Below are positions 62,872 through 64,000 of a stretch of DNA of 64,000 nt, piece after piece. Under the pieces are notes generated by a model that had not been told where the DNA came from, did no database searches, and worked only from the letters and a program-made list of their open reading frames with translations. The translations under genes were made by a program, and so were the position numbers. This DNA is from Octopus vulgaris (taxonomy: Eukaryota), in the NCBI GenBank assembly GCA_951406725.2, contig OX597839.1, forward strand, positions 14,632,001 to 14,696,000. The letters run 5' to 3'. The first letter of the stretch is position 1. Each line of letters starts with the position of its first letter.

Positions 62872-63105
62872 ATGGCAGCGAGCTGGTAGAATCGTTAGCA
62901 CGCCGGGTGAAATGTTTAGCGATATTTCATTTGCTGTTATGTTCTGAGTTCAAATTCCACCAAGGTCAACTTTGTCTTTCATCCTTTCGGGGTCGATTAA
63001 GTAAGTACCAGTTACACCCCGGGGTCGATGTAATCGACTTGATCCGTTTGTCTGTCTTTGTTTGTCCTCTCTGTGTTTGGCCCCTTGTGGGTGGTAAAGA
63101 AATAG
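62872..63105 (+). mobile_element. tRNA-derived SINE, family 2 (head-to-head with a minus copy at about 62640-62840)
   Basis: GAGCTGGTAGAATCGTTAGCACGCCGGG...GAGTTCAAATTCC. Confidence 0.8.
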
Positions 63106-64000
63106 ATATTGTCTTATATCTACTCATTTAATGACTCTGTTTTATCACTAATTTGGCAAGTATAAAGAAAGCTGAGCAGGCCTAATAATACTGAAATGTA
63201 TCCAGAGTTGTTGGCCATAGTAGTCAAAATCAAATTAAATTAATATTATTCCTTGAAAGTAATGTTGTTTTCTTCTCACCACCTAGGTATTAGAAAAACA
63301 TTTAAATATCTTCCCTGTGATATTACACATGACAGCAACTAACTTCACTGTTATTTGTTATTTTACACATCAACGGTGTCCCTAGATAATTTTCTTCAGT
63401 CATTTCACTATAGCCTGTTAAGTATGCTTCAAGGTTTTAAGTCACAAAACATTGTCAAGTCATATATATATATATATATGGTATTTTCTATGGTAAACAA
63501 TTTATATGGCTAATTTGAAATTTAAGGTAAATGTTTTAATAAATATACAATCTAGCTTTGCTTTCAAAAGTAAACAAACCAGTTAGTCTTCAATTATGTA
63601 TTCATGTGATATATAACGAACTAAACAAATTTATATTCATTAACATAATATACTTCATATCTTAAGATAATTTGTTGTTGTTTAGCTTCTGGGTCATTTC
63701 TTATCATGGAACAGGCTTATGATTAAAGTGTAGCAGAGCTACATATTGCATAGTAATATTTGAGTCGACCAGCACAGCAGATGAATATATCGATGAGGCG
63801 TTTAGCCTCACTTTGATACAGTAGCCTTATTCTGAGCTACACTGTAGAAGTACACAGTTCCTGCCAGATTTCAGTCAAAGACACATGTCTTCTCTGTAGC
63901 TCTACACGCAAGTCTCTCACGTGCGACTCACATGTCTATTCACCTCGGTATTCCAGCTGTCATCATCCCCTCTCTATTTAAAGTGTAACGTATGTAGGAC

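Noticed and set aside
63925-63980. Possible further perlecan exon before a GTGAGT donor
   Set aside because: There is no recognisable domain, and the only open reading is phase 0, incompatible with the phase 1 acceptor at 60222.

Overview
AT-rich, repeat-dense animal genomic DNA; the SINE/LINE families look like octopus (inferred). The window is the interior of one large minus-strand gene, perlecan (HSPG2/trol/unc-52 family). I read 28 GT-AG exons that splice into a single open frame of about 1,297 codons: 4 LDLa, then 9 Ig, 3 LDLa, Ig, laminin-EGF and the start of laminin-B. The main surprise is the nine-Ig array inserted in the LDLa region. Each Ig is split into an invariant 125-nt exon (phase 1-0) and a 145/148-nt exon (phase 0-1), in two alternating types (ABABABBAB), so the halves are frame-interchangeable. 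The introns contain a near-intact RTE LINE with a PHD-like finger and a four-level nest (piggyBac-type MITE > Helitron > Pif1-bearing Helitron > Ginger-like MITE). They also hold a Tc1 relic, a hAT MITE, many tRNA-SINEs, and Penelope-like fold-backs carrying minimal hammerhead-ribozyme motifs with covarying G3:C8 and U3:A8 cores. All calls were made by eye, with no database searches.
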